DNA of 64,000 nt. Origin: Clostridia bacterium. GTDB taxonomy: Bacteria; Bacillota; Clostridia; UBA1381; UMGS1253. Positions 49,919-60,423 of this stretch are shown piece by piece. Where the stretch lies: contig JAZRUW010000003.1 in assembly GCA_045652745.1 (NCBI GenBank), positions 10,032 to 74,031 on the forward strand, written 5' to 3'. Below the pieces are notes generated by a model. It was not told the origin of the DNA. It saw only the letters and a program-made list of their open reading frames with translations, and searched no databases. Position 1 is the stretch's first letter. Each line of letters starts with the position of its first letter. Position numbers and translations under genes: made by a program.

Positions 49919-51039
49919 TGGAAGCTATGGCAGGCATTATCTTAACAGATGATGACAGCATGCATTTCGGTTCTTTGACCGAAAAACGTGCAATCGCCGC
50001 TTTACCGATGGCCGGCAGATACCGCTTAATCGACTTCATTATGTCCAACATGGTCAACTCCGGCATCCGCAACATTGGCGTTGCAACCCAACATAACTAT
50101 TCCTCGCTGATGGACCATTTGGGTTCCGGCAAGGCTTGGGATTTAAGCCGAAAAACCTCCGGTCTTTATATTCTGCCGCCGTTTGCGGAAAAAGACAATA
50201 TAGGTCAGGTCACCGGCGACATCGATACGCTCTACGGCATTTCCGGCTTCATCCGTAGGACAAAACCGGATTACTTTGTCATTTCCAGAGCAAATACATT
50301 TTATAACTGCGGTTATAAGGAAGCTCTTGCTTTCCACAAAGAAAAGAACGCGGACATCACCATATTATACAATTCCGAAGAAAACTTAGACCCGGCCGAA
50401 CTCACAAAATACACCTTCTTGGAAACCGACGAAGACGGCCGTGTAACAGATATTATGAAAAATCACCCCCACCCGACCACCAAGAATGTATCCATGAGTG
50501 CATTTATTATCGAGCGTACACTCTTGATGGCATTGGTTGAGGATTGTTTTTCCCGCGGCGAGCACGATCTGACCATGGACGTTTTGATTAAAAAGCTCAA
50601 TGTATTAAATATTTACGGTTATAAGTTTGACGGATATGTCGGCCGCGTTAGTTCCATCAATTCGTATTTTACGAATAACATGAATATGCTCAACACCGCA
50701 ATTCGTAAAGAAATCTTCCTGTCCAAGAAGAAAATCTTTACCAAGGTAAAAGACCAGCCGCCGACGCGCTACGGCGCAAATGCAAAGGTTGTCGGCTCTT
50801 TAATTGCCGACGGCTGCGTCATTGACGGCCACGTAGAAAATTCCATTCTTTTCCGCGGTGTAAAGGTAGGTAAAGGTACAACGATTAAAAATTCCATCGT
50901 AATGCAAAACAGCGTGATTTTGGAAAACTGCTTTGCCGAAAACGTGGTATTGGACAAGGAAGTAACACTTCTTGCCGGAAAAACCGTTATGGGACAGCCA
51001 AACTATCCGTTTGTTATCGCAAAGAAAAGCGTAGTATAA
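49915..51039 (+). CDS. glgD: Glucose-1-phosphate adenylyltransferase regulatory subunit
   Basis: [20 protein letters not shown] and TKVKD.PPT.Y motifs; overlaps the glgC stop. Confidence 0.93.
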   Translation: MMEAMAGIILTDDDSMHFGSLTEKRAIAALPMAGRYRLIDFIMSNMVNSGIRNIGVATQHNYSSLMDHLGSGKAWDLSRKTSGLYILPPFAEKDNIGQVTGDIDTLYGISGFIRRTKPDYFVISRANTFYNCGYKEALAFHKEKNADITILYNSEENLDPAELTKYTFLETDEDGRVTDIMKNHPHPTTKNVSMSAFIIERTLLMALVEDCFSRGEHDLTMDVLIKKLNVLNIYGYKFDGYVGRVSSINSYFTNNMNMLNTAIRKEIFLSKKKIFTKVKDQPPTRYGANAKVVGSLIADGCVIDGHVENSILFRGVKVGKGTTIKNSIVMQNSVILENCFAENVVLDKEVTLLAGKTVMGQPNYPFVIAKKSVV

Positions 51040-51114
51040 AATTCTAAGGCAAAACCGGGTAATATGGGGACGTATGTCCCCTATTCCCGTTTTAACGTGT
51101 ATCGGGAGGTCTTT

Positions 51115-52557
51115 ATGCTGAAAGTATTTTTTGTTTCATCCGAGGTTGTACCGTTTGCAAAATCCGGCGGTCTTGCTGACGTTGCAGGTACACTGCCGCT
51201 CGCACTCGCCGCAGAAGGCGTGGATGTGCGTGTTTGCATGCCGCTTTACGGCTGTATCGGCGAAAACTACCGCAAAGATATGCGCTTTATTAAAGCCATC
51301 GAAATTCCGCTCGGTTGGAGACGACAGTACTGCGGCATTTTTGAAATGGATTACAAGGGCATCAAGATGTATTTTATCGACAACGAATTTTACTTTATTG
51401 CCCAACACCTCTACAGTTATATCCATGAAGATTTCGAAAAGTTCGCCTTTTTCTCCAAGGCGGCACTTTCCATTTTGCCGGACATTGATTTTAGGCCGGA
51501 CGTCATTCACGTAAACGACTGGCAAAGCGCGGCTATTCCGGTGCTCTTAAATGCGCAATTCCAGGATAACGAATTCTATCGCGGTATCAAAACCGTCATC
51601 ACCGTACACAACCTGCTTTTCCAGGGTGTATGGGACAAGCGTGCGCTTGAAGATGTGCTCGGCTTGGACGCAAGTTATTTAACAAACGACAAATTAGAAT
51701 ACAAGGGCGATGTAAATATGCTCAAGGGCGGTTTGGTCTATGCAGATGCCATCACTACCGTCAGCGAGACGTATGCCCAGGAAATCCAGACGCCGGAATA
51801 CGGTGAAGGTTTAGACGGACTTTTACGCGCTAAAAGCGCACATCTGACCGGCATTGTAAACGGACTGTCCTACGAACAGTACAATCCTGCAACGGACGAA
51901 GGCATCTATAAAATGTACAACGGCAGAAACTTCGTCAGTGGCAAAGCATACAATAAGGCTTGTCTGCAAAAAGACCTCGGTCTCGCCGAAAATCCGGATT
52001 GTATGCTTATCGGTATTGTCAGCCGTTTAACCTCACAAAAAGGTTTTGATTTGATTGCACAAATCATCGCAGAACTTGCAAAAATGGATGTGCAGGTAGC
52101 CGTGCTCGGCACCGGTGATGCACACTTTGAAAACATGTTTAGTTGGTATGCAAAGAATTATCCGGACAAATTTGCAGCTAAAATTTCTTTTGATAATAAT
52201 CTGGCACATAAAATTTACGCAGGCGCCGACGCATTTTTGATGCCGTCAAGATTCGAGCCCTGCGGCTTAAGTCAGATTATTGCCATGAAATACGGCTGCT
52301 TACCGATTGTGCGCGAAACCGGCGGTTTAAAAGACACCGTTACTGCTTATAATGAGTATACAGGCGAAGGCACAGGTTTTTCATTTGCTCCATATGACAG
52401 CCATGACCTTTTGAAGGTAACACACTATGCCACTGATACTTTTAAAAACAAAAAGGCTTGGCAGTCTCTTGTAAGACAGGCTATGAAGGCAGATTTTTCT
52501 TGGAAGGTATCTGCAAAGAAATATCTGAATTTATATAAATCGCTCACCGGCAAATAA
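51115..52557 (+). CDS. glgA: Glycogen synthase
   Basis: KSGGLADV, HVNDWQ, SRLTSQKG and PSRFEPCGL motifs; ATG at 51115 after GGGAGG. Confidence 0.96.
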   Translation: MLKVFFVSSEVVPFAKSGGLADVAGTLPLALAAEGVDVRVCMPLYGCIGENYRKDMRFIKAIEIPLGWRRQYCGIFEMDYKGIKMYFIDNEFYFIAQHLYSYIHEDFEKFAFFSKAALSILPDIDFRPDVIHVNDWQSAAIPVLLNAQFQDNEFYRGIKTVITVHNLLFQGVWDKRALEDVLGLDASYLTNDKLEYKGDVNMLKGGLVYADAITTVSETYAQEIQTPEYGEGLDGLLRAKSAHLTGIVNGLSYEQYNPATDEGIYKMYNGRNFVSGKAYNKACLQKDLGLAENPDCMLIGIVSRLTSQKGFDLIAQIIAELAKMDVQVAVLGTGDAHFENMFSWYAKNYPDKFAAKISFDNNLAHKIYAGADAFLMPSRFEPCGLSQIIAMKYGCLPIVRETGGLKDTVTAYNEYTGEGTGFSFAPYDSHDLLKVTHYATDTFKNKKAWQSLVRQAMKADFSWKVSAKKYLNLYKSLTGK

Positions 52558-52598
52558 GGTGAGAAATCAGAATTGACACCAGAAAGGAAACTAAAACT

Positions 52599-55040
52599 AT
52601 GCTCACAAAAAAGCAACAGGCTCTTCTAGAGGAAATCACCGAAAAAGTCATGCTCAATTTCGGCAAAACCATCGAAGATGCGACAGAAAATATGATTTAT
52701 AAAGCCGCAGCACTTACCATGCGCGACAGAATCATGAAAAAATGGCAGTATTCCCATGCGAAGGTAAAGGAAATGAAGGCTAAAAAACTCTACTACCTTT
52801 CCTCCGAATTCTTAATGGGTCGCCTCTTTGGAACAAATATGCTCAATCTCGCGTTAACGGATGATATGACGAAGGTATTAAAGCATATCGGTCTTGACGT
52901 CAACGCGATTGAAAACAGAGAAGCTGATGCCGGACTCGGCAATGGCGGTCTCGGCAGACTCGCCGCTTGTTTTATTGATTCTTTAACCACCTTGGATTTG
53001 CCGGCATACGGCTCCACCATTCGTTACGAATATGGACTTTTCCATCAAAAAATCATCGACGGTTATCAGTTTGAACAACCGGATTCCTGGCTCGATAACG
53101 GCTATGTGTGGGAAGTTGAACGTCCGGAGGAAACCGTAGAAATCCTGTTTGGCGGCAAAGTTTACACAGATTGGTATGAAGGTCGTTTCTCGTTCCGCTA
53201 CGAAAACTCGCACACCGTATTGGCCGTACCTTACGATGTGCCGGTCTGCGGTTACGATTCTAAAATCATCAACAAGCTCCGTCTTTGGAGCGCAAAAGCA
53301 CCGACGGACTTAAATATGAAATTCTTCAACGAAGGCCAATATATCCGCGCCATTGAAGAAAAGGATATGGCCGAGGTTATCTCCAAGGTACTTTATCCGG
53401 AAGACAACCACAACGAAGGCAAGATGCTTCGTTTGCGCCAGCAATATTTCCTTGTTTCCGCTACCATCCAGTGGATTGTACGTGACTTTAAGCATTTTCA
53501 TGGCACAAATTGGGCAATTTTCCCGGAAAAGATTGCAATTCACGTAAACGACACCCACCCTGCCCTCGGCATTCCCGAATTGATGCGTGTGCTCATGGAC
53601 AACGAAGGTCTTGGCTGGGACGAAGCATGGGCAATCACAACCAAGACATTTGCCTACACCAACCATACCGTTATGAGCGAAGCATTGGAAAAATGGCCGA
53701 TTTCCATTTTTGAGCCGCTCCTGCCGCGTATTTATATGATTGTTACCGAAATCAACCGCCGTTTGGTGGAAGGATTAAATCAGGCTTATCCGGGCGATTG
53801 GGGTAAAATCGAATATATGTCAATTATTGCTAACAATCAGGTCAGCATGGCAAATCTCTGCCTTGCAACCTGCCACGCTGTCAACGGCGTATCCAAACTG
53901 CACACACAGATTTTAAAAGACGATATTTTCGCAGACTACTACCGTTTGGACACCGAGCGTTTCCACGCGATTACCAACGGCATCACCTTCCGCAGATGGA
54001 TTATGTATTCCAACCCTGCCCTTGCAGATTTAATTACCCAGACCATCGGCAAGTCCTGGCTGAAAAAGCATGACAAACTGCGCGATTTAATTCCGTATGC
54101 AGACGATGCAGCTTTCTGCGAAAAATTCGCCGCAATCAAGCTTGAAAACAAAAAGCGTCTTGCAGAATATATCAAACACGAAAACGGCATCGAGGTTGAT
54201 ATTAACTCCATCTTTGATGTGCAGGCAAAGCGTCTGCACGAGTATAAGCGCCAGCTTTTAAATATTCTGCACGTTCTGTATCTGTACAATTGCTTAAAGG
54301 ATAATCCGGGCATGGACTTTGTACCGCGCACCTTTATTTTTGCTGCCAAAGCCGCTCCGGGCTATGCAAGAGCAAAGCTGATTATTAAGTTAATCAACAG
54401 CGTAGCCAAGTTAATCAATAATGATGCATCCATCGCAGGAAAAATTAAAGTCGTATTTATCGAAAACTACAACGTAACCATCGCCGAACTTCTGACGACC
54501 GCGGCAGATGTATCCGAACAGATTTCCACCGCCGGCAAAGAAGCATCCGGTACCGGTAACATGAAATTCATGTTAAACGGCGCCCTCACCATCGGTACTT
54601 TTGACGGGGCAAATGTAGAGATGAGCGAACAGGCCGGCATGGAAAACATGTATATTTTCGGTCTGCGTGCAGATGAAGTATCCGCGCGATACCGCCACGA
54701 CAACGCGGAGGTACAAAGCATCTACGCAAGTAACATGCCTTTAAAGCGCGTACTCGATCAACTCATCGACGGTACTCTCGAACCGAATCATCCGCAGTTA
54801 TTTAAGGAAATTTATCATTCCCTCCTCTTCGGTGATTACGGCATGCCGGATCCGTATATGGTCCTGCGCGACTTTGATGCATACAAAGATATGCAGGCAT
54901 GTGTAGCAAGAGAATTTAAAAACAAAGCACTTTGGAATAAGAAGGCCGTTATCAATACCGCTACGGCAGGGTTCTTCTCTTCCGACAGAACCATTGCAGA
55001 GTACAATAAGTACATCTGGAATCTGCCGAGTATTGACTAA
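52599..55040 (+). CDS. glgP: Glycogen/starch phosphorylase
   Basis: GNGGLGRLA, NDTHP, KRLHEYKRQ and EASGTGNMK motifs. Confidence 0.97.
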   Translation: MLTKKQQALLEEITEKVMLNFGKTIEDATENMIYKAAALTMRDRIMKKWQYSHAKVKEMKAKKLYYLSSEFLMGRLFGTNMLNLALTDDMTKVLKHIGLDVNAIENREADAGLGNGGLGRLAACFIDSLTTLDLPAYGSTIRYEYGLFHQKIIDGYQFEQPDSWLDNGYVWEVERPEETVEILFGGKVYTDWYEGRFSFRYENSHTVLAVPYDVPVCGYDSKIINKLRLWSAKAPTDLNMKFFNEGQYIRAIEEKDMAEVISKVLYPEDNHNEGKMLRLRQQYFLVSATIQWIVRDFKHFHGTNWAIFPEKIAIHVNDTHPALGIPELMRVLMDNEGLGWDEAWAITTKTFAYTNHTVMSEALEKWPISIFEPLLPRIYMIVTEINRRLVEGLNQAYPGDWGKIEYMSIIANNQVSMANLCLATCHAVNGVSKLHTQILKDDIFADYYRLDTERFHAITNGITFRRWIMYSNPALADLITQTIGKSWLKKHDKLRDLIPYADDAAFCEKFAAIKLENKKRLAEYIKHENGIEVDINSIFDVQAKRLHEYKRQLLNILHVLYLYNCLKDNPGMDFVPRTFIFAAKAAPGYARAKLIIKLINSVAKLINNDASIAGKIKVVFIENYNVTIAELLTTAADVSEQISTAGKEASGTGNMKFMLNGALTIGTFDGANVEMSEQAGMENMYIFGLRADEVSARYRHDNAEVQSIYASNMPLKRVLDQLIDGTLEPNHPQLFKEIYHSLLFGDYGMPDPYMVLRDFDAYKDMQACVAREFKNKALWNKKAVINTATAGFFSSDRTIAEYNKYIWNLPSID

Positions 55041-55084
55041 AATCTTCATTCAGGGCTGCACAACAATGCAGCCCTGCTTAGTAG

Positions 55085-57001
55085 GTGAGAACATTGAAAG
55101 TAGAGCACAATTCTCAAAATTCTTTTTTCAGAACACCGTTCGGAGCGCAACCGTGTGAAAGCACGGTAACGCTCCACTTAGGTTTGTGCGCCGATTTCTG
55201 GCCGAAAAGCGTGCGCGTAAGTTATATCTTTGATGACGGCGACGTAACATATCTGGGCATGTATCTACATTCTCAGATGATGGGTGTTACCTACTACGAA
55301 ACCAAACTGACTTTGCCGGCCACGCCCGGTCTGCTGTTTTACACATTTGAAATTGTCGGGCCTGACAAAACATATTATTACGGCAATAACGACCAAGCTC
55401 TAGGCGGCATTGGTATGCTTTACGAACACAATCCCGTTCCGTATCAGATTACTGTATATGACAAGGCATACAGAACCCCGGATTGGTTTAAAGGCGGCAT
55501 TATGTACCAGATTTTCTGTGACCGGTTTCATTGCCCAACCGGGACGGATTTGCGCCATCTGCGCACTGACATTCTGCAACGCAATTGGGGCGATACGCCC
55601 TATTATAAACCGGAGCAGTTCGGCGGCAAATACTTGGCCAACGATATGTTTGGCGGTAATTTAAAAGGCATTACGGAAAAACTGGACTATCTTGCCGATT
55701 TGGGAATAACGGTTCTGTATTTAAATCCGATTTTCCAAGCCTACTCCAACCACAAATACGACACCGGAGATTACGAAACGATTGATAAAACATTCGGAAC
55801 GGAAGAAGATTTTGTGCAACTGTGCAAAAAGGCTGAAAAAAAAGGCATTCGCGTTGTGCTCGACGGTGTATTTAACCACACCGGCTCAGACAGCAAATAT
55901 TTTAATAAATATGGTCATTATCCGACTACAGGTGCTTATCAAAGCGCTGATTCCCCCTATTCAGATTGGTATGACTTTGCAAATTTTCCGCACGAATACA
56001 CTTGCTGGTGGGGCATCAAGACCCTACCGCACGTAAATGAACTCTCCCCTTCCTTTGTCCGCTACATTCTAACGGACAAGAACGCCATTATCAAAAAGTG
56101 GCTGCGCCTCGGGGCAAGCGGATGGCGTTTAGATGTGGTAGATGAATTGCCGGATACGTTCGTAGAAACACTGCGTACAGAAGCAAAGAAGGAAAAATCC
56201 GATGCAGTTATCATCGGCGAAGTCTGGGAAGATGCTTCCAATAAAATCAGCTACGGAGAACGCAGAAAATATTTAAACGGTCATGAACTCGACAGCGCTA
56301 TGAATTATCCGCTGCGCGATGCGCTGATTTCTTTCGTGTGCGAAAGACAAAGTGGCGTGGAATTCAATGCACGCATCAATTCTTTAAAAGAAAACTATCC
56401 GCCGGAAGCCTTTATGGCCATGATGAACTTTTTGTCCAGCCACGATACACCGCGCATTCTGACCGTGCTGTCCGAGCCGGACAGTTTTATGAACAAAGAT
56501 GCACAGGCACAGTACACATTAAGCGGCGAGGCGTTAGCGCAAGCTTTGCGCCGCTTTAAACTGATCTATGCTATGCAAATGCTGTTACCGGGTACACCAA
56601 GTATATTTTACGGAGACGAAGTCGGCATGCAGGGTTTTGGAGACCCGTTTTGCAGAATGTGTTTTCCTTGGGAGAATACAGATAGAGAGCTGACAACCTA
56701 TTTTAAAGATTTGATCGCACTTCGAAACAGCAACCCAACGCTCAAATACGGCGATATTGTAACCGTATACGGCGAAGGCAGTACAAGTGCATTTTTGCGC
56801 ATATACGAAAACAAACAATTGTTGGTTGCATGCAACAGTTCACTCTCGCACGACTGGCATGCGACCGTCGAACTCGGCCGTTACGACATCCGCCGCTTAA
56901 GCGGCATAAACTGTGACGAAACACACGCAAGTGACATCGGCAGATTCCATATTCATCTGCCACCTTGCGCTTATAAAATACTGGAGGTGCAAGATGTCTA
57001 A
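55085..57001 (+). CDS. GH13 neopullulanase/amylopullulanase-type glycosidase
   Basis: YQIFCDRF, SNHKYD, DGVFNH, GWRLDV, IGEVW and SSHD catalytic motifs. Confidence 0.92.
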   Translation: MRTLKVEHNSQNSFFRTPFGAQPCESTVTLHLGLCADFWPKSVRVSYIFDDGDVTYLGMYLHSQMMGVTYYETKLTLPATPGLLFYTFEIVGPDKTYYYGNNDQALGGIGMLYEHNPVPYQITVYDKAYRTPDWFKGGIMYQIFCDRFHCPTGTDLRHLRTDILQRNWGDTPYYKPEQFGGKYLANDMFGGNLKGITEKLDYLADLGITVLYLNPIFQAYSNHKYDTGDYETIDKTFGTEEDFVQLCKKAEKKGIRVVLDGVFNHTGSDSKYFNKYGHYPTTGAYQSADSPYSDWYDFANFPHEYTCWWGIKTLPHVNELSPSFVRYILTDKNAIIKKWLRLGASGWRLDVVDELPDTFVETLRTEAKKEKSDAVIIGEVWEDASNKISYGERRKYLNGHELDSAMNYPLRDALISFVCERQSGVEFNARINSLKENYPPEAFMAMMNFLSSHDTPRILTVLSEPDSFMNKDAQAQYTLSGEALAQALRRFKLIYAMQMLLPGTPSIFYGDEVGMQGFGDPFCRMCFPWENTDRELTTYFKDLIALRNSNPTLKYGDIVTVYGEGSTSAFLRIYENKQLLVACNSSLSHDWHATVELGRYDIRRLSGINCDETHASDIGRFHIHLPPCAYKILEVQDV

Positions 57002-58220
57002 ACGTATTTGTATTATTGGCGGCGGTGCAAGCGGTTTGTATTGCGCCGTAACATTAAAACGCCTCTGCCCCGAACTGGCGGTCACCATAATCGAAAAAAA
57101 CGCGCGTGTCGGCAAAAAACTATTGGCAACCGGCAACGGAAAGTGTAATTTTACAAACTATAAACAAGCAGAATCCAATTATGCATCAGACGCACCGGAT
57201 AATGTCTTTAAAATCATTGCATCTCACCCGCCGAAGGCCATTGTAGATACTTTTGAACGTTTGGGCATTCGTGCCATAGAAAAAGAAGGCCTTGTCTATC
57301 CGCGCAGTGCACAGGCTTCCACCGTTGTGGATGCGCTTCGTTTTTCGGCAGAAGAACTGGGTGTTCGCACGCTTACGGAAACCGAAGTCAAAAATATTAA
57401 ATACAAAAATGGTTGTTTTTGTATAGACACAAGCGAAAATATTTGCGCAGATGCCGTTATAATTGCAACTGGTTCATCGGCAAGCGGCGGCTCGGCTTCG
57501 GGTTTGAAATTCCTGCGCAGTTTCGGCCACAGCATAAAGCCTACTTATCCGGCTTTGACCGGCCTGATTTGTGATACATACAACATTCGAATGGCAAAAG
57601 GTATGCGTGCTCAATGCACGGCAGCTCTTACAAAAAACGGCAAACAAATCGCCAAAGAAGACGGTGAAGTTCTGTTTACCGAATACGGTTTATCGGGCAT
57701 TTGCATCATGCAGCTTTCACGACACGTCGCAAAAGCAAAGGCTGATAAAGAGGATGTTTCCTTCTTTGTAAACCTCGACCTTGCGCCTGAAACAGACATT
57801 AAAAACCTTACAAAGCTATACTTGTCTCGCCGTTCTACCCTCGCAAAGCGCAATATCGGAGAGTTTTTAAGCGGCTACTTAAACAAACAGATTGGCTTTT
57901 GTGTTTTACGCACAGCCGGAATATACAACACGGACAAGCCGATTTGCACATTGACAGATACCGAGATTGAAACCATTGCCAAATGCACAAAACAATTTGC
58001 GGTTGCCGTTACCGGCACGCGCGATGAAAGTCAGGCACAAGCCTGCGGCGGCGGCGCTCCTTTATGCGAATTTTCCTTCGGTCTGCAATCCAAACTGCAA
58101 GACGGTCTATATGCTTGCGGCGAAGTATTAGATGTACTCGGAGATTGCGGCGGCTACAATCTGACCTGGGCTTTTGCAAGTGCATACGGCGTAGCAAAAG
58201 ATATTGTAAATAAAAAATAA
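56994..58220 (+). CDS. HI0933/BaiN-like NAD(P)/FAD-dependent oxidoreductase
   Basis: IIGGGASG, GKKLLATGNGKCN, GEVLFT.YGLSG and GE..DV.GDCGGYNL..A motifs; ATG at 56994. Confidence 0.9.
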   Translation: MSKRICIIGGGASGLYCAVTLKRLCPELAVTIIEKNARVGKKLLATGNGKCNFTNYKQAESNYASDAPDNVFKIIASHPPKAIVDTFERLGIRAIEKEGLVYPRSAQASTVVDALRFSAEELGVRTLTETEVKNIKYKNGCFCIDTSENICADAVIIATGSSASGGSASGLKFLRSFGHSIKPTYPALTGLICDTYNIRMAKGMRAQCTAALTKNGKQIAKEDGEVLFTEYGLSGICIMQLSRHVAKAKADKEDVSFFVNLDLAPETDIKNLTKLYLSRRSTLAKRNIGEFLSGYLNKQIGFCVLRTAGIYNTDKPICTLTDTEIETIAKCTKQFAVAVTGTRDESQAQACGGGAPLCEFSFGLQSKLQDGLYACGEVLDVLGDCGGYNLTWAFASAYGVAKDIVNKK

Positions 58221-58221
58221 T

Positions 58222-58251
58222 TACCGTGCATCCAATTTCGGATGCACGGTA
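58222..58251 (+). terminator. Hairpin ending the glg-linked transcript
   Basis: TACCGTGCATCC-AATTTC-GGATGCACGGTA followed by TTATTAT. Confidence 0.65.
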
Positions 58252-58277
58252 TTATTATGCAAAAATTGGCAATACTG
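58249..58277 (+). promoter_or_regulatory. Putative sigma-F promoter of spoIIR
   Basis: GTATT-14 bp-GGCAATACTG resembles the sigma-F consensus; spoIIR is sigma-F-dependent in endospore formers. Confidence 0.55.
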
Positions 58278-58297
58278 CATAGCAAGGAGGGATTAAA

Positions 58298-58840
58298 TTG
58301 AAAAAAACTGTTTCTCTGCTCTTGCTCAGCATTGCATGCACGTTGTGTATACTTACATACACAGCGCAACAAAAGGTTGCCGCCAAAAATGCAATACGTT
58401 TACATGTAATCGCAAACAGCGATACACAAGAAGACCAGGCAGTAAAACTACTCGTGCGCGATCGTTTACTTTCCGTTTTTGCAGATTATGCTAAGACGCA
58501 TACAAAAGCCGAAGCGGAAGAATACATTCAAAGAAACCTTCCGCTTGCACAAACCGTTGCAAAAACTGTATTGGAAGAAAACGATTTTACCTACAATGCG
58601 GTTGCACAATACGGCGAATACGATTTTCCCGTACGTCATTACGGCGATGTTACTTTGCCGGCCGGAAAATACTACGGATTGCGCATTCTTCTCGGAGAAG
58701 CTAAGGGACAAAACTGGTGGTGCGTTATGTATCCCCCGCTTTGTTTTAACGAGCTCAACACGCATAAGACACAAGCCGAATCCGAAACCATAGACATACA
58801 AATCAAATTCAAATTTTTGGAACTTTTAAAATCGAATTAA
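58298..58840 (+). CDS. spoIIR: Stage II sporulation protein R
   Basis: IRLHVIANSD, FP.R.YG...LPAG.Y and G.NWWCVMYPPLCF motifs. Confidence 0.95.
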   Translation: MKKTVSLLLLSIACTLCILTYTAQQKVAAKNAIRLHVIANSDTQEDQAVKLLVRDRLLSVFADYAKTHTKAEAEEYIQRNLPLAQTVAKTVLEENDFTYNAVAQYGEYDFPVRHYGDVTLPAGKYYGLRILLGEAKGQNWWCVMYPPLCFNELNTHKTQAESETIDIQIKFKFLELLKSN

Positions 58841-58875
58841 ACGGACAAACTAACCTCGAAAGCGAGGTTTCACGT

Positions 58876-59253
58876 ATGCGAAAAATCATTTGCTATTTTG
58901 AATCAGAAACACAATGCGAAGCTGCAGTCAGCGCGCTCAAAAGTGCCGGAATAGACACAAATGCTGCAAAAATTATTACCGATGCAACCAAAAGCAGCGC
59001 ACCTACAAAAACAAAAGAATGTGTGACCATCGGATCTGCCGCACCGATAGCCTTGCCACAAGACCATGCCAGCACGCCGTCGGAACCGGATACATTGTAT
59101 GCGCAAGCGCCCATAGCAACTCTGCTCATACGCGGCGATTTGTTTACTTTTCATGATGACGGCGATACGCCCTGTGGCAGTTTCGCCGTAGAGGTTACAG
59201 GTACAGATGAAACACTTGATTTAGCGCGCGATATTTTGCTCAATTTATTCTAA
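58876..59253 (+). CDS. Hypothetical protein (N-terminus resembles YflT/17M general-stress domain)
   Basis: RBS GAGG; pattern IC.F.SE...EAAV..LK.AGI. Confidence 0.55.
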   Translation: MRKIICYFESETQCEAAVSALKSAGIDTNAAKIITDATKSSAPTKTKECVTIGSAAPIALPQDHASTPSEPDTLYAQAPIATLLIRGDLFTFHDDGDTPCGSFAVEVTGTDETLDLARDILLNLF

Positions 59254-59290
59254 TTACATTATGCATAGCGTAAACTGTTAGCATGGAGGG

Positions 59291-60331
59291 ATGCTTGTGC
59301 ACAGTTTACATTACTTTCCCGGCAGTAATACACCACTGGGATTTTATTCGTACTTTTCCTACATTCTCCCTACGAAGCGCACTAAAAAAACCGTAATATT
59401 AAAAGGCGGTCCGGGATGCGGAAAATCCACACTCATGAAAAAAGTCTATCGCATTTTAGACCAAAACGGCATATATTGCAATCTGCTGCATTGCAGTTCC
59501 GATCCGGAGTCTTTAGATGCCATATGTGCACCCGAGCTTGGATTTATTATGCTGGATGGTACAGCGCCGCACATCATTGACCCTGCCCTGCCCGGTTGCA
59601 GAGATGAAATTCTGCCGCTGAGTATGTACTGGGATGCTTGCGGTATCCAAAAGCACAGGACAGAAATTGAAATTGTAAACAGCAAAATTTCAACTGCCTT
59701 CGCTTCGGCCTACGATTATCTGCGCAGCACACAAAGCGTACAGAATCATATTAAAAAAGTTCAAAACTTCAGCGCAAACAAAAAAACAAATCAAGATTTC
59801 ATACATGACCTTCTTACGGAGCTTGATGCAAACAAAGCGCATTACGGCACTGCAAAAATCCAAAAAGCCTTCGCCGACGCTTTTACGCCAAACGGTTATA
59901 TTAGTTACATTCAAACCTATGCAGACACAGCGAACGAAATCATTTGCATAGATGCGCAAGAAGCCTCAGCACTTCTCACAACATTGTCTGTATATTTGAC
60001 ACATACACCCCAAAAGCTCCTCTTGTTTTATGACCCGATGTATCCGGACACAGATATTCTGCATATTTATTTGCCGGAAAGCAAAACCTTGCTTACAAGC
60101 AACAAATCCGTCTGTACGGGTAAAAAAGCCAAAATCTACACCGTAAAATCAACCTCGAAGGAAGACACGCACGCAGACACAGATTTATATAACATTTTGC
60201 TTTCACGTGCTCTTTCGTTTTTAAAGAAGGCCAAATCGTATCATGATGAATTAGAACAGTACTATGTACCCTATATGGATTTTGAGGCCATGGCAGATTT
60301 ACCTGAAAAAATTGTAAAAACATTATTATGA
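59291..60331 (+). CDS. PRK06851-like P-loop ATPase
   Basis: YFPGSNTP.GF.SYF, LKGGPGCGKST, HCSSDP.SLD, DGTAPH and HDELE.YY...MDF motifs. Confidence 0.8.
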   Translation: MLVHSLHYFPGSNTPLGFYSYFSYILPTKRTKKTVILKGGPGCGKSTLMKKVYRILDQNGIYCNLLHCSSDPESLDAICAPELGFIMLDGTAPHIIDPALPGCRDEILPLSMYWDACGIQKHRTEIEIVNSKISTAFASAYDYLRSTQSVQNHIKKVQNFSANKKTNQDFIHDLLTELDANKAHYGTAKIQKAFADAFTPNGYISYIQTYADTANEIICIDAQEASALLTTLSVYLTHTPQKLLLFYDPMYPDTDILHIYLPESKTLLTSNKSVCTGKKAKIYTVKSTSKEDTHADTDLYNILLSRALSFLKKAKSYHDELEQYYVPYMDFEAMADLPEKIVKTLL

Positions 60332-60332
60332 C

Positions 60333-60362
60333 AAAGAAGCCGAGAATTTTCTCGGCTTCTTT
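60333..60362. terminator. Bidirectional terminator
   Basis: AAAGAAGCCGAGAA-TT-TTCTCGGCTTCTTT. Confidence 0.75.
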
Positions 60363-60423
60363 TAGTTGTATTCTTATTTACACGCTGCACAATATTGTAT
60401 TCGACGGATTCATGTTTTTATAT

